Shown: positions 1-13,464 of the stretch, piece by piece
Layout of the letters: the number at the start of each line of letters is the position of its first letter
Numbering within the stretch: position 1 is the first letter of the stretch
DNA from: Eledone cirrhosa
Taxonomy: Eukaryota
Direction of reading: 5' to 3'
Assembly (NCBI GenBank): GCA_964016885.1
Contig: OZ024760.1
Span: forward strand, 10,168,001-10,232,000
Length of the DNA stretch: 64,000 nucleotides
Notes under the pieces: generated by a model
Databases searched by the model: none
What the model was told of the DNA's origin: nothing
What the model saw: the letters and a program-made list of their open reading frames with translations, nothing else
Position numbers and translations under genes: made by a program

Positions 1-99
1 GTGAAAGGCAACAGAAGAGTATAAAGATGTTTATTAGATCTGAGTAGATGCGTGTACATATAAAGCGAATAGGTGGTATATTGAGAGACATTATGGGCG

Positions 100-530
100 A
101 GAGTGATATAATAACGCATGAGGGAACTGATAAGGTATTGCCCATCTTTCTGTGCAAGCTGTAGGTCTAGGGAATGGTGATTCCAGGACGAGAGGAAATA
201 TTTTTTTTAAGGTGTAAACAGTACTTGAGAATCTATCTTTTATCTTTTGGAGTTGAGGTATCAGATGGTTTTCAATCCTGGAGTATACTGATTTTTCAAT
301 GCTTCATAGCCCACATCTTTTAGGTCCGTTGATATATGAACTGGGCCTTTCTGTATTTTCCATTTTATTTTATTTGGTATATCTCTGTCTTTTAATTCCC
401 ATACATGTTTCGCCAGGATAGTCGTAAATTTCTTTTCGGGTTGCCTAAATGTGGAAATATGCAAGTAAAATATTGGCTTAATAAAAGAAAATCTGGCGTC
501 CATTACCAAGTTAATGTAATCGATAACGAA
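100..530 (-). mobile_element. Penelope-like element remnant (C-terminal part of GIY-YIG endonuclease)
   Basis: ORF 261-509 contains HISTFR...TTILAKHVWELKDRDI..KIKWKI, typical of the PLE endonuclease region. Confidence 0.7.
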
Positions 531-1769
531 AAAATAAGATGGCTTCCATTAACTGCTTGATTCTAACTTATCAACAAACCACATTTTATCCACAGTGAAA
601 AGAATGTTATTACGGAATGAAAGATTCTGGAATCTAAATTTCTGTAGTGTTGAATGGTATGTAATGTTAAGAATACGTTGTGTGTAGGTGTGTGGATAGG
701 TGTATGTATGTGTAGGTGTGTGGATAGGTGTATGTATGTGTGTGTGTAGGTGTGTGTATAGGTGTGTGAATGTGTGAACTTGAGTCTTCCTTTGTGTAAA
801 TATGTGAATGTGTGTGTATCTGTGTGAGGGGGGTATGTGTCCGTGTGTGCATTTGTATGTGTATGTATATGTGTGCATGTGTGTGTAGGTATGTGCGTAT
901 GTGCATACATGTGTGTGAGTGCGTGTGTGTATGTGTGTGTGTGTGTGTGGATATGTGTGTGTAAATAAATGTATGTGTGCGCGTATGTGTATATGCATGC
1001 ATGTGTGTGTGTGTGTGTATACATATTAAAGGTTATAGTTTAATAAACTCAAACTTTTTCCTTCTTTCATTCAAATTAAATCTACGTTCCTCTCCATACA
1101 CATACACACCTACACTCACGTACACATATATATACCATACACATATTCACACATGAATTTCACTACGCATACTTACACTCACGCATACACATACATATAC
1201 CATACACATATTCACACATGAATTTCACTACGCATACTTACACTCACGCATACACATACATATATCATGCACATATTCTCACACGTATTTCACTACGAAC
1301 ACCCACAAAACTTTAAATTTTAACATCTTTTTCATAGATTTAAATTAAATCTGCCAACCAAACAACAACACGGAGTCCTCTTTTGAGAATGGAGTTTAAA
1401 TCGGAAAATATTTGAGATCAATAAAATTGCGAAGGTAAAATTCTACAGTTCCCACTCTTTTCTCAGTCTTTTATTCTCTTTAACTCTATATATTCTCTAT
1501 ATTACCTTGACACTTTTAATTTTACATGCATTGTCGGGCTTCCAAATATTTAAACTTATTTAAATTTGTATTTCTTATTCCACAATGCTTTAAGCAAACT
1601 ACAGCATTTATATATATATATATATATATATATAATAGGAAAATATTTGACCCCGACTCAAGCCGTTTCGACGGCTTGAGCTGGACTCCGACGGCTATTT
1701 CTAAGTCCAGAAATAGCCGTCGAAACGGCTTGATCTCTGCCGTCTAGGGTCAAACCTTTTCCTATTACC

Positions 1770-1802
<33 letters not shown>

Positions 1803-1843
1803 CAATGAAATTAAACACAAAACTGTTAATTCATAGTAAAACT

Positions 1844-1980
1844 CATTATTTTACGACCGTTTCTGGGGGGTAGTTCTCTGTATGTTCGTTCAATTATTGT
1901 CTATGTAAAATATATTACAAAATATCATAGTAAGAAAAAAATACATACGTCTTCACTACTCGCCGTCTTCAGAAATAATG
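1844..1980 (-). ncRNA. Type-I hammerhead ribozyme motif with long stem II
   Basis: CAUUAUUU-CUGAAGA-[stem II]-GAAA-CGGUCG-U-A^-AAAUAAUG; 8-bp stem I. Confidence 0.6.
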
Positions 1981-2370
1981 GGAACTAAACCCCCCCCCCC
2001 CCCGAAACGATCGTAAAATAATGAGTTTTACTATGAATTAACAGTTTTGTGTTTAATTTCATTGTTTTAATATTTCTATTTTTGACTCTGTATCCAATTG
2101 AATTATATCGTTGAACATTTTGTATTTTAAACTTTGCTTCACGACATCTACATTCGGATTACATTGAGTTCTTCATACGGTTTATACCCTACCATTGATT
2201 GGTAGATTTATCTGTGTGTGTTTATATAATATATATATATATATACTCGCCGTAAGCAACTAATCACATTCTTTGTAACTTAACCACTGCCACGTCACGA
2301 TTCTTAGCCATTTTTTTTAAATCTATTTCTGGCGGGATCGCTTTGGAAAATTAACTGTCCTATTGAGTTT

Positions 2371-2447
2371 GTCTCCTGATGAGTTCGATACTCGAGTTTT
2401 ATCCTTAATAGGATATCTCAAAATACGAACGAAACCGTGGTAGGGAT
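2371..2447 (+). ncRNA. Minimal type-I hammerhead ribozyme
   Basis: GUCUC-CUGAUGA-GUUCG...CGAAC-GAAA-CCGUGG-U-A^-GGGAU. Confidence 0.7.
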
Positions 2448-2755
2448 TTAATTACGGTATGTACACGTTTCTTCTAACTTTAAATTTATACCTAATTGTG
2501 TATGGTTGACGATATATTTGGTCAGTTTCTACATGCTGTTGAAATGTTGGGTAAATACTCTATTGTGGTCAACCGCGAAGAGGCCGCTTTAGGTTATTTA
2601 TCTAATATTTCTTCATAGGAGCCTTTATTCTTATAGCCTGGTCTAATCGATTTTTTTGTATGGTTAATTTTTTGTATGCTAATTGGGAGAGGAAATTGTA
2701 TATATTTTATCTAATAATTCTAAGGACATAATTTATGATATATATATATATATAT

Positions 2756-3258
2756 ATTAGATAGTGAAATAGATCTTCTGCCGTATTTTTGACTAAGTAA
2801 ATTAACCTAACAGTTGGAGTTATAAAAACCAACAAATTGGAAAAGGGGATGAGCCTTGACACACATGGGAGACGAACCCACATCTTTGATTATCATGACC
2901 ACTATATGACTATTAACCATTAATCCCGCCGAGGTTAACTTTGCCTTTCATCCTTACGGGGTCGATAAAATAAAGTACCAGTAATGTACTGGGTAATTGC
3001 TGGCCTTGTGCCAAAAGTAGAAACAATTATATGTATTCATACGCTATGATTATAGAGCTTCAAATTGAATGGAAACTTGATGGGTGACGTATTGGTGTAA
3101 CGATTAACAGAGTGGTGGTGATAGCCAAAGATGTAGGTTCGTATCCCACCTACGTCAAGGTTCAGCCCTTTTCCATTCTGTGGGGTTTTATAACTCCAAC
3201 TATTAAGCTAATTTACTTTGTCGAAAATACGGCAGAAGATCTATTTCACTATCTAATT
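2756..3258. repeat. Inverted pair of tRNA-derived SINE copies with another SINE fragment (2921-3030) in the loop
   Basis: ~150-bp diverged inverted arms; right arm has A-box TGGTGTAACG and B-box GGTTCGTATCC. Confidence 0.6.
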
Positions 3259-3327
3259 TTCAAATTCTCAGCTGTTTATAAACAAAACTAATTTTCAAAC
3301 GAAACTAAGCTCTGTATCTTATATATA

Positions 3328-3373
<46 letters not shown>

Positions 3374-4316
3374 TCTACATGTCTATCTATTTATCTGATT
3401 GTCTGTCTATCTATCTGTCTGCTTATCTATATATATACACACACTTATATATATATATACACACACTCGCACGCACACACGTATAAATATATATATATAT
3501 ATGTTTGTGTGTGTGGGTATATATATATATATATATATATAATAGTGGAAGTAGAAAGTCACACACTTTCACGGTAAATTTTGCCAACAGGTGTTTGTAA
3601 ACGTGACATCCTGACATCTGACATTTAAACCAAGCAAAATACTTCCACAACCATTTTATATCAAATCAAATAAATGTTCAATTTTATGCTTCGCCAATCG
3701 TTTCAAATGGATTTCGGAAAACATCTGCAAATAACCGAAACTGCTCGGCTTTCGTCTTTATATATATTTGACGCCGATCAGTTCCGGGTTTTAGTAAGTT
3801 ACGTAATCGTCAGGGCTGCAATTATCCGGAAGGAAGCGACTGTATATGTGTTCATGCATGTGTGTGTGTAGAGGTGTGTGTCTATGTATGTATGTATGTA
3901 TGTATGTGTATATATATATATATGTGTGTATGTAAGCATGTGTGTACATACATATGCACATACACATGTCGATATACAAATGTGTGTGCGTGCGTGTGTG
4001 TGTGTGTGTGTAGATTATATATGTGTGTGTATATGCACGTGTATGTATATATATCAATGTACTTTTCTTCAGTTTACTTGGCTGAAACGCACTGATTGGC
4101 CAGATTAGAAAACACGTGATTTAAAACATAGTTTGTCATTGGACGTCTTTCCTGACTTTTAAAATAAACCAAAACACCTGATATGAGGAGTTCTATTCCA
4201 CATCTCCCCCTCAAATACCATCACCATTACCGGGGAGTCATAGTGTGGTCACAGTATATGCTAGAAATAGCAGTCAAATCCCAGCAAATTACCATTTTTT
4301 TTATGTATACTAGTTA

Positions 4317-4790
4317 TTAACCCTTTCATTGCCATATTTCTAATGAAAGACACTGTCTATGTCTTTAACCCTTTCATTACCATATTTCTAATGAAAGACA
4401 CTGTCTATGTCATTAACCCTTTCATTACCATATTTATAATGTAAGACACTGTCTATGTCTTTAACCCTTTCATTACCATATTTCTAATGAAAGACACTGT
4501 CTATGTCTTTAACCCTTTCATTACCATATTTCTAATGAAAGACACTGTCTATGTCATTAACCCTTTCATTACCATATTTCTAATGAAAGACACTGTCTAT
4601 GTCATTAACCCTTTCATTACCATATTTCTAATGTAAGACACTGTCTATGTCTTTAACCCTTTCATTACCATATTTCTAATGAAAGACACTGTCTATGTCT
4701 TTAACCCTTTCATTACCATATTTCTAATGAAAGACACTGTCTATGTCTTTAACCCTTTCATTACCATATTTCTAATGAAAGACACTGTCT
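4317..4790 (+). repeat. 48-bp minisatellite, ~10 copies
   Basis: TTAACCCTTTCATTACCATATTTCTAATGAAAGACACTGTCTATGTCT. Confidence 0.95.
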
Positions 4791-5623
4791 ACTTCACTTA
4801 GTAATATAGCTAACTAGCTAATGGGGTAAAATAAGATACGATGAAGTGCCTGGTATATAAAGGAATGCCATGGGTGGAACGTCTTTGATCAATTGTCAAT
4901 TGGTTCAGCTGGGCTAAATAACATCAACAAAACCATAAGCTAATAAAAGACCTCCAAGAAACAGTAGGTAAATCCCAGTGTACCGTGAGTTAAAGTCTGT
5001 TCTAAACCGAAGGCTGTACTAATCCCCAGTTTATTTGGCGTGAAGTAACTGAGAGTACAAGACTCTCCCTGGATATGACGCCAGTCTATCGCAGGGTTAG
5101 TCCTGTAGAAGCCATTTCTATACACACACACACACACACTTATATATATATATTTCTATCACCTTCTTTCGCCCCCCCCCCCCCCTGTCAGTTACACTTT
5201 CTCTCGACTGACCTCTTCCTCGCACTTCCACTCACTCACTCTCTGTTTCTCCCCTTCTCACTTCCTCCCTTTTGGTTAATACTGGGGTCCTTTCTTGCTC
5301 ACATCTCACTCACGTCGGACGGTCTGTATTTTGATCGCTCATGAAATCCACCCAGCTTATGCTGACCGGACAACCATGTTGCTTGTTTTTTTCCTATCTT
5401 CGGTTTGCTTTCATCCTTCTATGTTGTTTACTTGTCTCACTCGCTTTACGCGATTCACTTGTCCCAATAGCTTTGTTTAGTTATTGCTCGCACCAACCTG
5501 AGGTATATGATTTTTAATGCGATGAAATACCAATGATGGTTGGCAAATCACTGACGAGGGACTAATTTTATAATATGTAACCCATGTGCAACCACGCAGT
5601 ATTCCTCTTTCTTCTCATGTTTT

Positions 5624-5661
<38 letters not shown>

Positions 5662-6502
5662 CTGGTGATGGTACTAGTATTAGTTCCCGGGTGCCCTGGG
5701 AAGGGACTGAAGACAGACACTTTTCTCTTCGGTCAATCCATCATCAACTTCAAGTTTCACTTGGAAAGGAAGGTGAGGGCGGTGAGAGAAAGGGCTGCCC
5801 CCCTCCCCCCTCCCCTCCCCCCAACACATTTGTTGAAAGGTGGTTGAATTGTGGTAATTTTGATAGTTGTGTTTTTCTTGTTACTTTATTATTGTTATTT
5901 ATATTGTTTACACGTTATATATGTAAACCCCCGCTGTCCCTGCCTATTGTATTGTCCCCTATATGTCGGCCCATAGTAGTGGTATTAGTAGTGGTATTAG
6001 TAGTGGTATTAAAATGCTAAATTCACAGAAGCAGAATGAGAGTGGGCGGTCTAGGGGTGTGGCGGAAGCGGCGGAGTTAAGAATTTCTCAGGTATTTACT
6101 TTCATCGTTTCAAAACAAATAGAGCTATTATATATATAAGAAGTCTTTCACCTGTGAAAGAGGGGGGAGGGATTAATGGAGAGGGAGATTTGTGAGGGTT
6201 GGGGCTATGGAAGGGGTATTGGGGAGGGGCTCCGAATGATATATTCGTAGTAGACACGCTCACATAATACACATACATATAAACAAACACATCAACATAC
6301 TTATATACACACACACACACACACACATATATATACACGCACATGTACAAACAAACGCAGACACACACACACATATATAAACATACGCAGACACATATGC
6401 AGCCACTTATACAAACACACTCGCATACATACATACATACACACACACACTCGCATTCGTAAACACACAAATTCTCACACGAGAATACACACTAACAGAC
6501 AC

Positions 6503-6570
<68 letters not shown>

Positions 6571-6702
6571 GCGCACACTTATACACACACACAGGCACCG
6601 ACACACACACACAAAAAACCTACACACACCCACACACACCTATTTGATACATCAGTGCACCAGCACTGCACTTGGTACTATACAGAGTTAGACGAAATAT
6701 TA

Positions 6703-7318
6703 TCTAGATATCTAAAACAGAGAATGTCTGTCTGTCTGTCTGACTCCCTAAAACTCGAGAAGCACCCAACCGACTGTTTTCAAACTTTACACATGTAATA
6801 CTTATGGTCCTGTGAGTGTTTTGAGCAAAACATATTTCAAATTTTCCATGCCCTAGGGACCGCATTAGGCGACTTAGCGATCTTTCTCTATAATTCTTGG
6901 TCTTTCTCTTTTTAGATAGATGTGTAGCGACTAGCGCCACCTTGCCCGGGGGAGAAAAAACTAATTGGAGTTACTTCCCCGTGGCCAGTATTTAAGGGAG
7001 TGTTCTGACGTCACTCGACCTCTCTTGCTCACTTACTCTCTTTGCCGGTACCAACTCACTAAAGATATATAGATATGACGTTGCGCCCTTATAATATCTG
7101 TCTGTATGTCTGGCTGTTTGCATTACGACATTATGACGTCGCTTTATGTGTGTGTATATATATATATATATATATAGTGTGTAACGTTTTTCAAAATATT
7201 TACTTCTGCGTTCACAGATTGATTTTTTTTTTAGTTTCAGAAGATCCCATTAAGGGTGAAAGCAGCGATTCTTTCCTTAAACTTTAATCTGTTATTTATA
7301 TATATATATTTATATATA

Positions 7319-7358
<40 letters not shown>

Positions 7359-7504
7359 TATATTCGTGTACAGATATTTTTGCATACACAATAACAAAAT
7401 ATAAACAAACGTGTTTATTTCACGAGGCTCGATAAGGATAAATATATATCAAATATATAAGAACCCTAGAGCAAATCCCGAGCAACGCCGGGCCATTCTA
7501 CTAG
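6703..7504 (+). mobile_element. Non-autonomous Helitron-like element
   Basis: A|TC 5' start followed by (TCTG)n; subterminal hairpin CCCGAGCAACGCCGGG and a CTAG|T 3' end. Confidence 0.6.
7233..7283 (+). ncRNA. Degenerate hammerhead motif (U4A)
   Basis: AGUUU-CAGAAGA-uCCCauuaaGGGu-GAAAG...CU-U^-AAACU. Confidence 0.35.
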
Positions 7505-7916
7505 TACAGACTAAAACATCAAAACTATATTAACACTTTGTGTAGCAAACCCTCTGAAACTGACCCCCCCCCCCCCCCAACACCATAACCACCATCATCA
7601 TCATCATCAGTGAACATGCTACAACGTTGCCTTTAATTAAATAGCAAACGGTGTATGATGGAGGCGGGTCAAGGTCACGTGACAAGGCAGTGGTGTGGTA
7701 TTGTTAGACGAGGCCATGACTCAAGACACGCATGCCCGGTCATGCATTACAGCCAACGGAGCAATCAAACTTCCTCTTTTACCTTTCTAGATGACTAATC
7801 GGTCTAATTAGCCATTGCAGTAGGCTGCAAGCACACACACACACACACACACGTACACACACGTACACACACACACACACCTACACACACACACACACAC
7901 ACACATACAGACACAT

Positions 7917-7961
<45 letters not shown>

Positions 7962-8460
7962 GACACATATACATACATACATACATACACACACACATAC
8001 ACACATACATACACACATACATACACACACACATACACACACACATACACACGTACAGACACACACACAAATACACATGTTCAGACACATACACACACAC
8101 ACTCATACACACACACAAATACACATGTTCAAACACATACAAACACACTCATACACACACACATACATACACACGCACACGTGCAGACACACACACACAC
8201 ACATAGGTGTATATGTATGTGTGTGTGGGTGCGCATATCTGCATTCATGAGTGTGTGTGTATATATAGAGAGAGAGAGAGATAGATAGATATACACTCAT
8301 ACTTATATACATACATAAATGAGTCCACGCATGCATATATTCATACATTTGTATATATATATATGTGTGTGTGTGTGTCTGCACACACACATATATATAT
8401 ATATATATGTATATATGTTATATTTGGGGAGGGTCATATTGTTATAACTTTGCCAGGAAT

Positions 8461-8646
8461 AATAATGTTTCTACTTTAGGCACAAGGCCAGCAATTACCC
8501 AGTACATTACTGGTACTTTATTTTATCGACCCCGTAAGGATGAAAGGCAAAGTTAACCTCGGCGGGATTTGAACTCAGACCGTAAAGGGACGTAACTATG
8601 CTGGAAAGCATGGCGTCCGACCCTCTACCGATATTGCCAATCCACC
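8461..8646 (-). mobile_element. Octopus-type tRNA-derived SINE (family A)
   Basis: GGCACAAGGCCAGCAAT...TATCGACCCCGTAAGGATGAAAGGCAAAGTTAACCTCGGCGGGATTTGAACTCAG, near-identical at many loci. Confidence 0.85.
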
Positions 8647-8722
8647 GAATAATAATAAAACGCACTCACTGTTTGTTTTTGTTTTGTTTCAACACACGAT
8701 TTCATATAAAAAACCTAGCAAA

Positions 8723-8790
<68 letters not shown>

Positions 8791-8917
8791 GTTATTCCGG
8801 GTTGAATCGGAGGTAACCACAGTAAGTAAGGTACTCAATACATAGCAGAGTATAAAAGTTTTAATATAGATGAGATTCTACAGGACTAGAACTGTTTCAT
8901 TCTTTAGAAATCATCAG

Positions 8918-8970
8918 GAGATTCCTGATGATTTCTAAAGAATGAAACCGTTCTAGTCCTGTAGAATCTC
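8918..8970 (+). ncRNA. Type-I hammerhead ribozyme (second, inverted copy at 8872-8917 minus)
   Basis: GAGAUUC-CUGAUGA-uUUCuaaaGAAu-GAAA-CCG...CUG-U-A^-GAAUCUC; 7-bp stem I. Confidence 0.7.
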
Positions 8971-9136
8971 ATCTATATTAAAACTATATATAATATATAT
9001 ATATATTAGAAAGTCAGGTTCTTTTTACAAAATGAAAAATAACCGAGGTGTCCTACACGAGTGAAAGTATAAGGAAAAAAGATGAAATCGAAAATGCAAC
9101 TGGAGTCTTATTTTTTTTTATATATTTATTTGGTTC

Positions 9137-9173
9137 CTTTACCGGTTTCGCAGGTTCTTGTGCTTTTCAAAAG
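9137..9173 (-). ncRNA. Minimal hammerhead, U3:A8 variant
   Basis: CUU-UUGAAAA-GCA..UGC-GAAA-CCGG-U-A^-AAG. Confidence 0.5.
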
Positions 9174-9860
9174 TAGAATTGCGATAAAAGCCACAAACCC
9201 TCCATCTCAATTCTACTTTTGAAAAGCACAAGAAGGAACCAAATAAATATATTTTTAAAAAAAGACTCCAGTTGCATTTTCGATTTCATCTGTTTTCCTT
9301 TTATATATATATAAAATTTATACATGTTCCTATTTATTATTTCTTTATTAACTTCAATCAACATTTTAACTTTTAATTTCTAATTTTGAATCTTATTACC
9401 AATTTTAATTTCCACCGAGAAACCATAATATCTAGGACCCTAGAATAAGTTTATAATATCTTCGTGGGTGATGGTCAATTATATTGTCCAAGTATAAATA
9501 GGAGTAGAATTGAAACTTATACTCTACCACTACCACAGAGATTTGGTCGGCTGCTGCTGGACGTGGGACTAGCAGAACTATAACTTAGTGGCTGGCGTGA
9601 ACCCTGTAACCATGTCACCTTACCGGCCGAGATGGGGGAGACTGGCTGGGGGGGGGGGGGGGGCTTGCCTAGGCTACTTTCGTTGTGTTTGGGTAGTAGT
9701 TAGATGGTAAACTTCCTTCACATTTGCGCCTGCGCAAAGCTGTGGAGAGAAATTAGGGCTCACAAGAGAACGGGTGAAGGCTTCAACAACATCATCTTTG
9801 TCCGTCCCCTTGTCGTTTTAATTTGGACTGCCTCGAGAACGTAACCTTATTATGTAAGAA

Positions 9861-9935
9861 GCTGTCTGATGAGATCACGGCACTGGTTAGGCGGAATCGC
9901 GTGACCACTGTTGCCATTGAAATATGTATCACAGC
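9861..9935 (+). ncRNA. Type-I hammerhead ribozyme
   Basis: GCUGU-CUGAUGA-GAU..GGCA...UGCC-AUU-GAAA-UAUGUA-U-C^-ACAGC. Confidence 0.75.
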
Positions 9936-9984
9936 CTTATCAATAAAGGACTTTAACATCTGAAACTACTTCGCATTTTTTAAT

Positions 9985-10053
<69 letters not shown>

Positions 10054-10119
10054 TGAGCTGTGTTAACTTCTCCACCTATGTTTCTAATGTTTTATATTGT
10101 TTTTGTAAAAAACGATATC

Positions 10120-10250
<131 letters not shown>

Positions 10251-10503
10251 TAAACGGAATAGAAAATGCTGACAAATTGTTCACAGTTGAAAAATGGTTT
10301 AATTAGGAATAAAAGAGTATTAGTAATTGTATGGGTTAGTATTCAGTTGTGGTTTTAAGTTTTTAAGTTTTTACCGGTTGCGCATTTCTAAATGCTTTTC
10401 AAAAATAATTTTGAGATAGAGTGTCCGTGTTCAGAGCAAACAGCACGGACACTCTATCTCAAAAGATTAGAGCAAACAGCACGGACACGCTATCTCAAAA
10501 TTA

Positions 10504-10540
10504 TTTTTGAAAAGCATTTAGAAATGCGCAACCGGTAAAA
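10504..10540 (+). ncRNA. Hammerhead-like motif, U3:A8 and A13C variant (inverted copy ~10368-10405)
   Basis: UUU-UUGAAAA-GCAUUU ag AAAUGC-GCAA-CCGG-U-A^-AAA. Confidence 0.4.
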
Positions 10541-10753
10541 ACTTAAAAACTTAAAACCACAACTGAATACTAACCCATACAATTACTAATACTCTTTTAT
10601 TCCTAATTAAACCATTTTTCAACTGTGAACAATTTGTCAGCATTTTCTATTCCGTTTACCAATATATAATAACTTGTGTGTTACACCTCTATTCTTTTAT
10701 ATATATATATATATATGAAATAGACACCAAATACATTTTTACATTAAATGCTG

Positions 10754-10795
10754 ATTTACGAACGTTTCGTCCCCTTCCTGGGGACTTGTCAAAAT
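10754..10795 (-). ncRNA. Minimal hammerhead, U3:A8 variant
   Basis: AUU-UUGACAA-GUCCCC aggaa GGGGAC-GAAA-CGUUCG-U-A^-AAU. Confidence 0.6.
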
Positions 10796-11129
10796 TATTT
10801 ATTTAAGATTAAAAAACTCCATTATAACCTCACCCAAACACTCGACAGCCAGCAGCCAAAGAAAATGTTTACATTTAAAAAATTCGAAACGACGCCATAA
10901 CGCATGGAGAATCTGTTGTTTAACTACAGGAATATAACGTCAGACCACTCAAGCACATTACTATATGTTGTCTAACTACAGAGGTATAACGTCAGACCAC
11001 TCTAGTACATTACTATAAGACTTGAGGGCGGCCGACCGGGTTAGAAGCTGCTAAATGTCCGGTCGCCCTCATGTCTCTGATTTTCAGCCCCATGGATTTT
11101 GTCTATTATATTCCTTTGTTATATTTCGA

Positions 11130-11187
11130 ATACCTGATGATGTCACCTGATTCATACTGAACCCGGTCATTGAAGTGATCATAGTAT
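11130..11187 (+). ncRNA. Hammerhead motif (A15.1G); family copy at 21373-21430
   Basis: AUAC-CUGAUGA-...-GAAG-UGAUCA-U-A^-GUAU; the sister copy has intact GAAA. Confidence 0.55.
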
Positions 11188-11500
11188 AATAAACCTTTTA
11201 AGGAATTACACCAGTCCAGCCTCCTGTTATGTTATAATAATTAACTCCGTACTCGCACCACCAACAACACAAACGAAGACGGGTGAGTTGCATTACGTCG
11301 AGTGCTCTCCATAATATTACATCGAGGTTGACCATACGGAATGACCAGTTCTATCCAGTGGTGAACCAACTAACCTAAATAAATATATGTGTGTGTGTGT
11401 GTGTGTGTGTGTAAAAGGTAAACAGAAATAACAACACAATCATCGGTACAGAATATGGAAGGAATATATTAGGTTAACGCTTGGAATAGCAGGAAGAGGG

Positions 11501-11536
11501 TCTTAACGTTTCAGACGCTAGTCCTTCATCAGAAGA
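11501..11536 (-). ncRNA. Minimal type-I hammerhead
   Basis: UCUU-CUGAUGA-aGGACuagcGUCU-GAAA-CG-U-U^-AAGA; palindromic AACGUU stem III. Confidence 0.65.
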
Positions 11537-11633
11537 AAGAAAATGAGAAATAAGATAGATTCAGGGGACGGGTGGGGTGGAATTGGAAAAAATGTCTTTA
11601 GATAAAAATAACAGGTCCATTCATGTTGACATC

Positions 11634-11699
<66 letters not shown>

Positions 11700-11780
11700 T
11701 TCAGGAAATGACAAGACAAACAGAGATTAGTATCACGGTGTGTCTAAGAGTGTGTGTATGTGTGTGTGACTGTATGTACG

Positions 11781-11867
<87 letters not shown>

Positions 11868-12320
11868 ATACATACATGAGTGTATGTATAAATGTGTAAC
11901 GTATTTCTGACAGTTTTATTGCTTGTATGACACCATCATATTATTTGTCATCATCACCATCATCATCATCATCACCAGCAACATCATCAACCATCACCAT
12001 CATCACTATCAACATCACCAACACCACCACCAACCCCACCAGTATTGGGTGACAGTGTCAACTTGTCATACATAGCATGACCTCATCTTCTGTTTCACAC
12101 ACACGCACACATATATGTGTGAGTGTATGTATGTATGTATATATGTATGTGTATATATATATATATATAATATAATATAATATATATATATATAATATAA
12201 TATATAATATAATATATAATATAATATATAATATAATATATATATATATATATTATATATGTATATATAATATATATATATATATATAATATATATATAT
12301 AATATATATATATAATATAT

Positions 12321-12367
<47 letters not shown>

Positions 12368-12371
12368 TATA

Positions 12372-12416
<45 letters not shown>

Positions 12417-12448
12417 CCTTATTAGTTATGTAATATATTAATATATTA

Positions 12449-12506
12449 TTCATTCTGACGACTGAAGATAGACACATCTGTTTTCAAGAAACCACTGGTA
12501 AATGAA
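12449..12506 (+). ncRNA. Type-I hammerhead ribozyme
   Basis: UUCAUU-CUGACGA-cUGAAGAUAG...CUGUUUUCAa-GAAA-CCACUGG-U-A^-AAUGAA. Confidence 0.75.
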
Positions 12507-12539
12507 ATAATTATCTTATGTTGTTTATTACATAACTAA

Positions 12540-12594
<55 letters not shown>

Positions 12595-13464
12595 TTACGA
12601 GGTTTTTTATATGAAATCGTGTGTTGAAACAAATATTGTTATACTTGGGGAGGGTCATATTGTTGTAATAATGAATTAAAGACAACGGTCGCACATGTGG
12701 TGGGGCCCAGTATAAAACTAACCCTTAAGGAACATATGTTCAAGTTTAATGGCAAATCATATGGCCAAGAGGAGAGGGAAACGATTGGCGTTAGCATAGC
12801 AGGTGACATATCTAACCTCTTTATGGTATGGTGGGACAATAAACTTGGGGAACAATTAGACGACAATTGTATAATCTTGACTATGTACTCCCGCTACGTA
12901 GATGACATAAATATCGTAGTAAAAATACCCCCACGGGAGAACAGTCAGGAATTAGAGAAGAATACCATGGAAAGCATCCAGCAAATAGCTAACTCCATCC
13001 ACCTGAGTATTAAAGTTACTATAGACTACCCAACTAAACACCCCAACCATAGATTACCAGTACTAGACACAGAACTATGGTTGGAAACTATTAGTAATAG
13101 AACGCAAATCCTCCATTTGCATTATGCCAAACCAATGACCTCCAAATACCTGATCCACCGAAACTCAGCTGTTTCGGATCACATAAAAATCAACATACTG
13201 ATTGCGGACTTAAGAGTGATGCGGAACGTGCCCCGCATGTGCAACCCCAAAGAATTAGAGAGACACGTACAACACTTCATCCACGGCATGCAGTTCTCTG
13301 GCTACAATCAGAGAGACAAGATCAGGGTATATAAAGGAGCTAGAACCAAATGGGCAAAGATTGTAGAAAATGATGCAAATGGAACTTGCCCCATGTATAG
13401 GAGCAAATTTTGGAACAGAATAGAAAGGATTAGGAATAAGGCAAATAAAATAAACTCATGGTAT

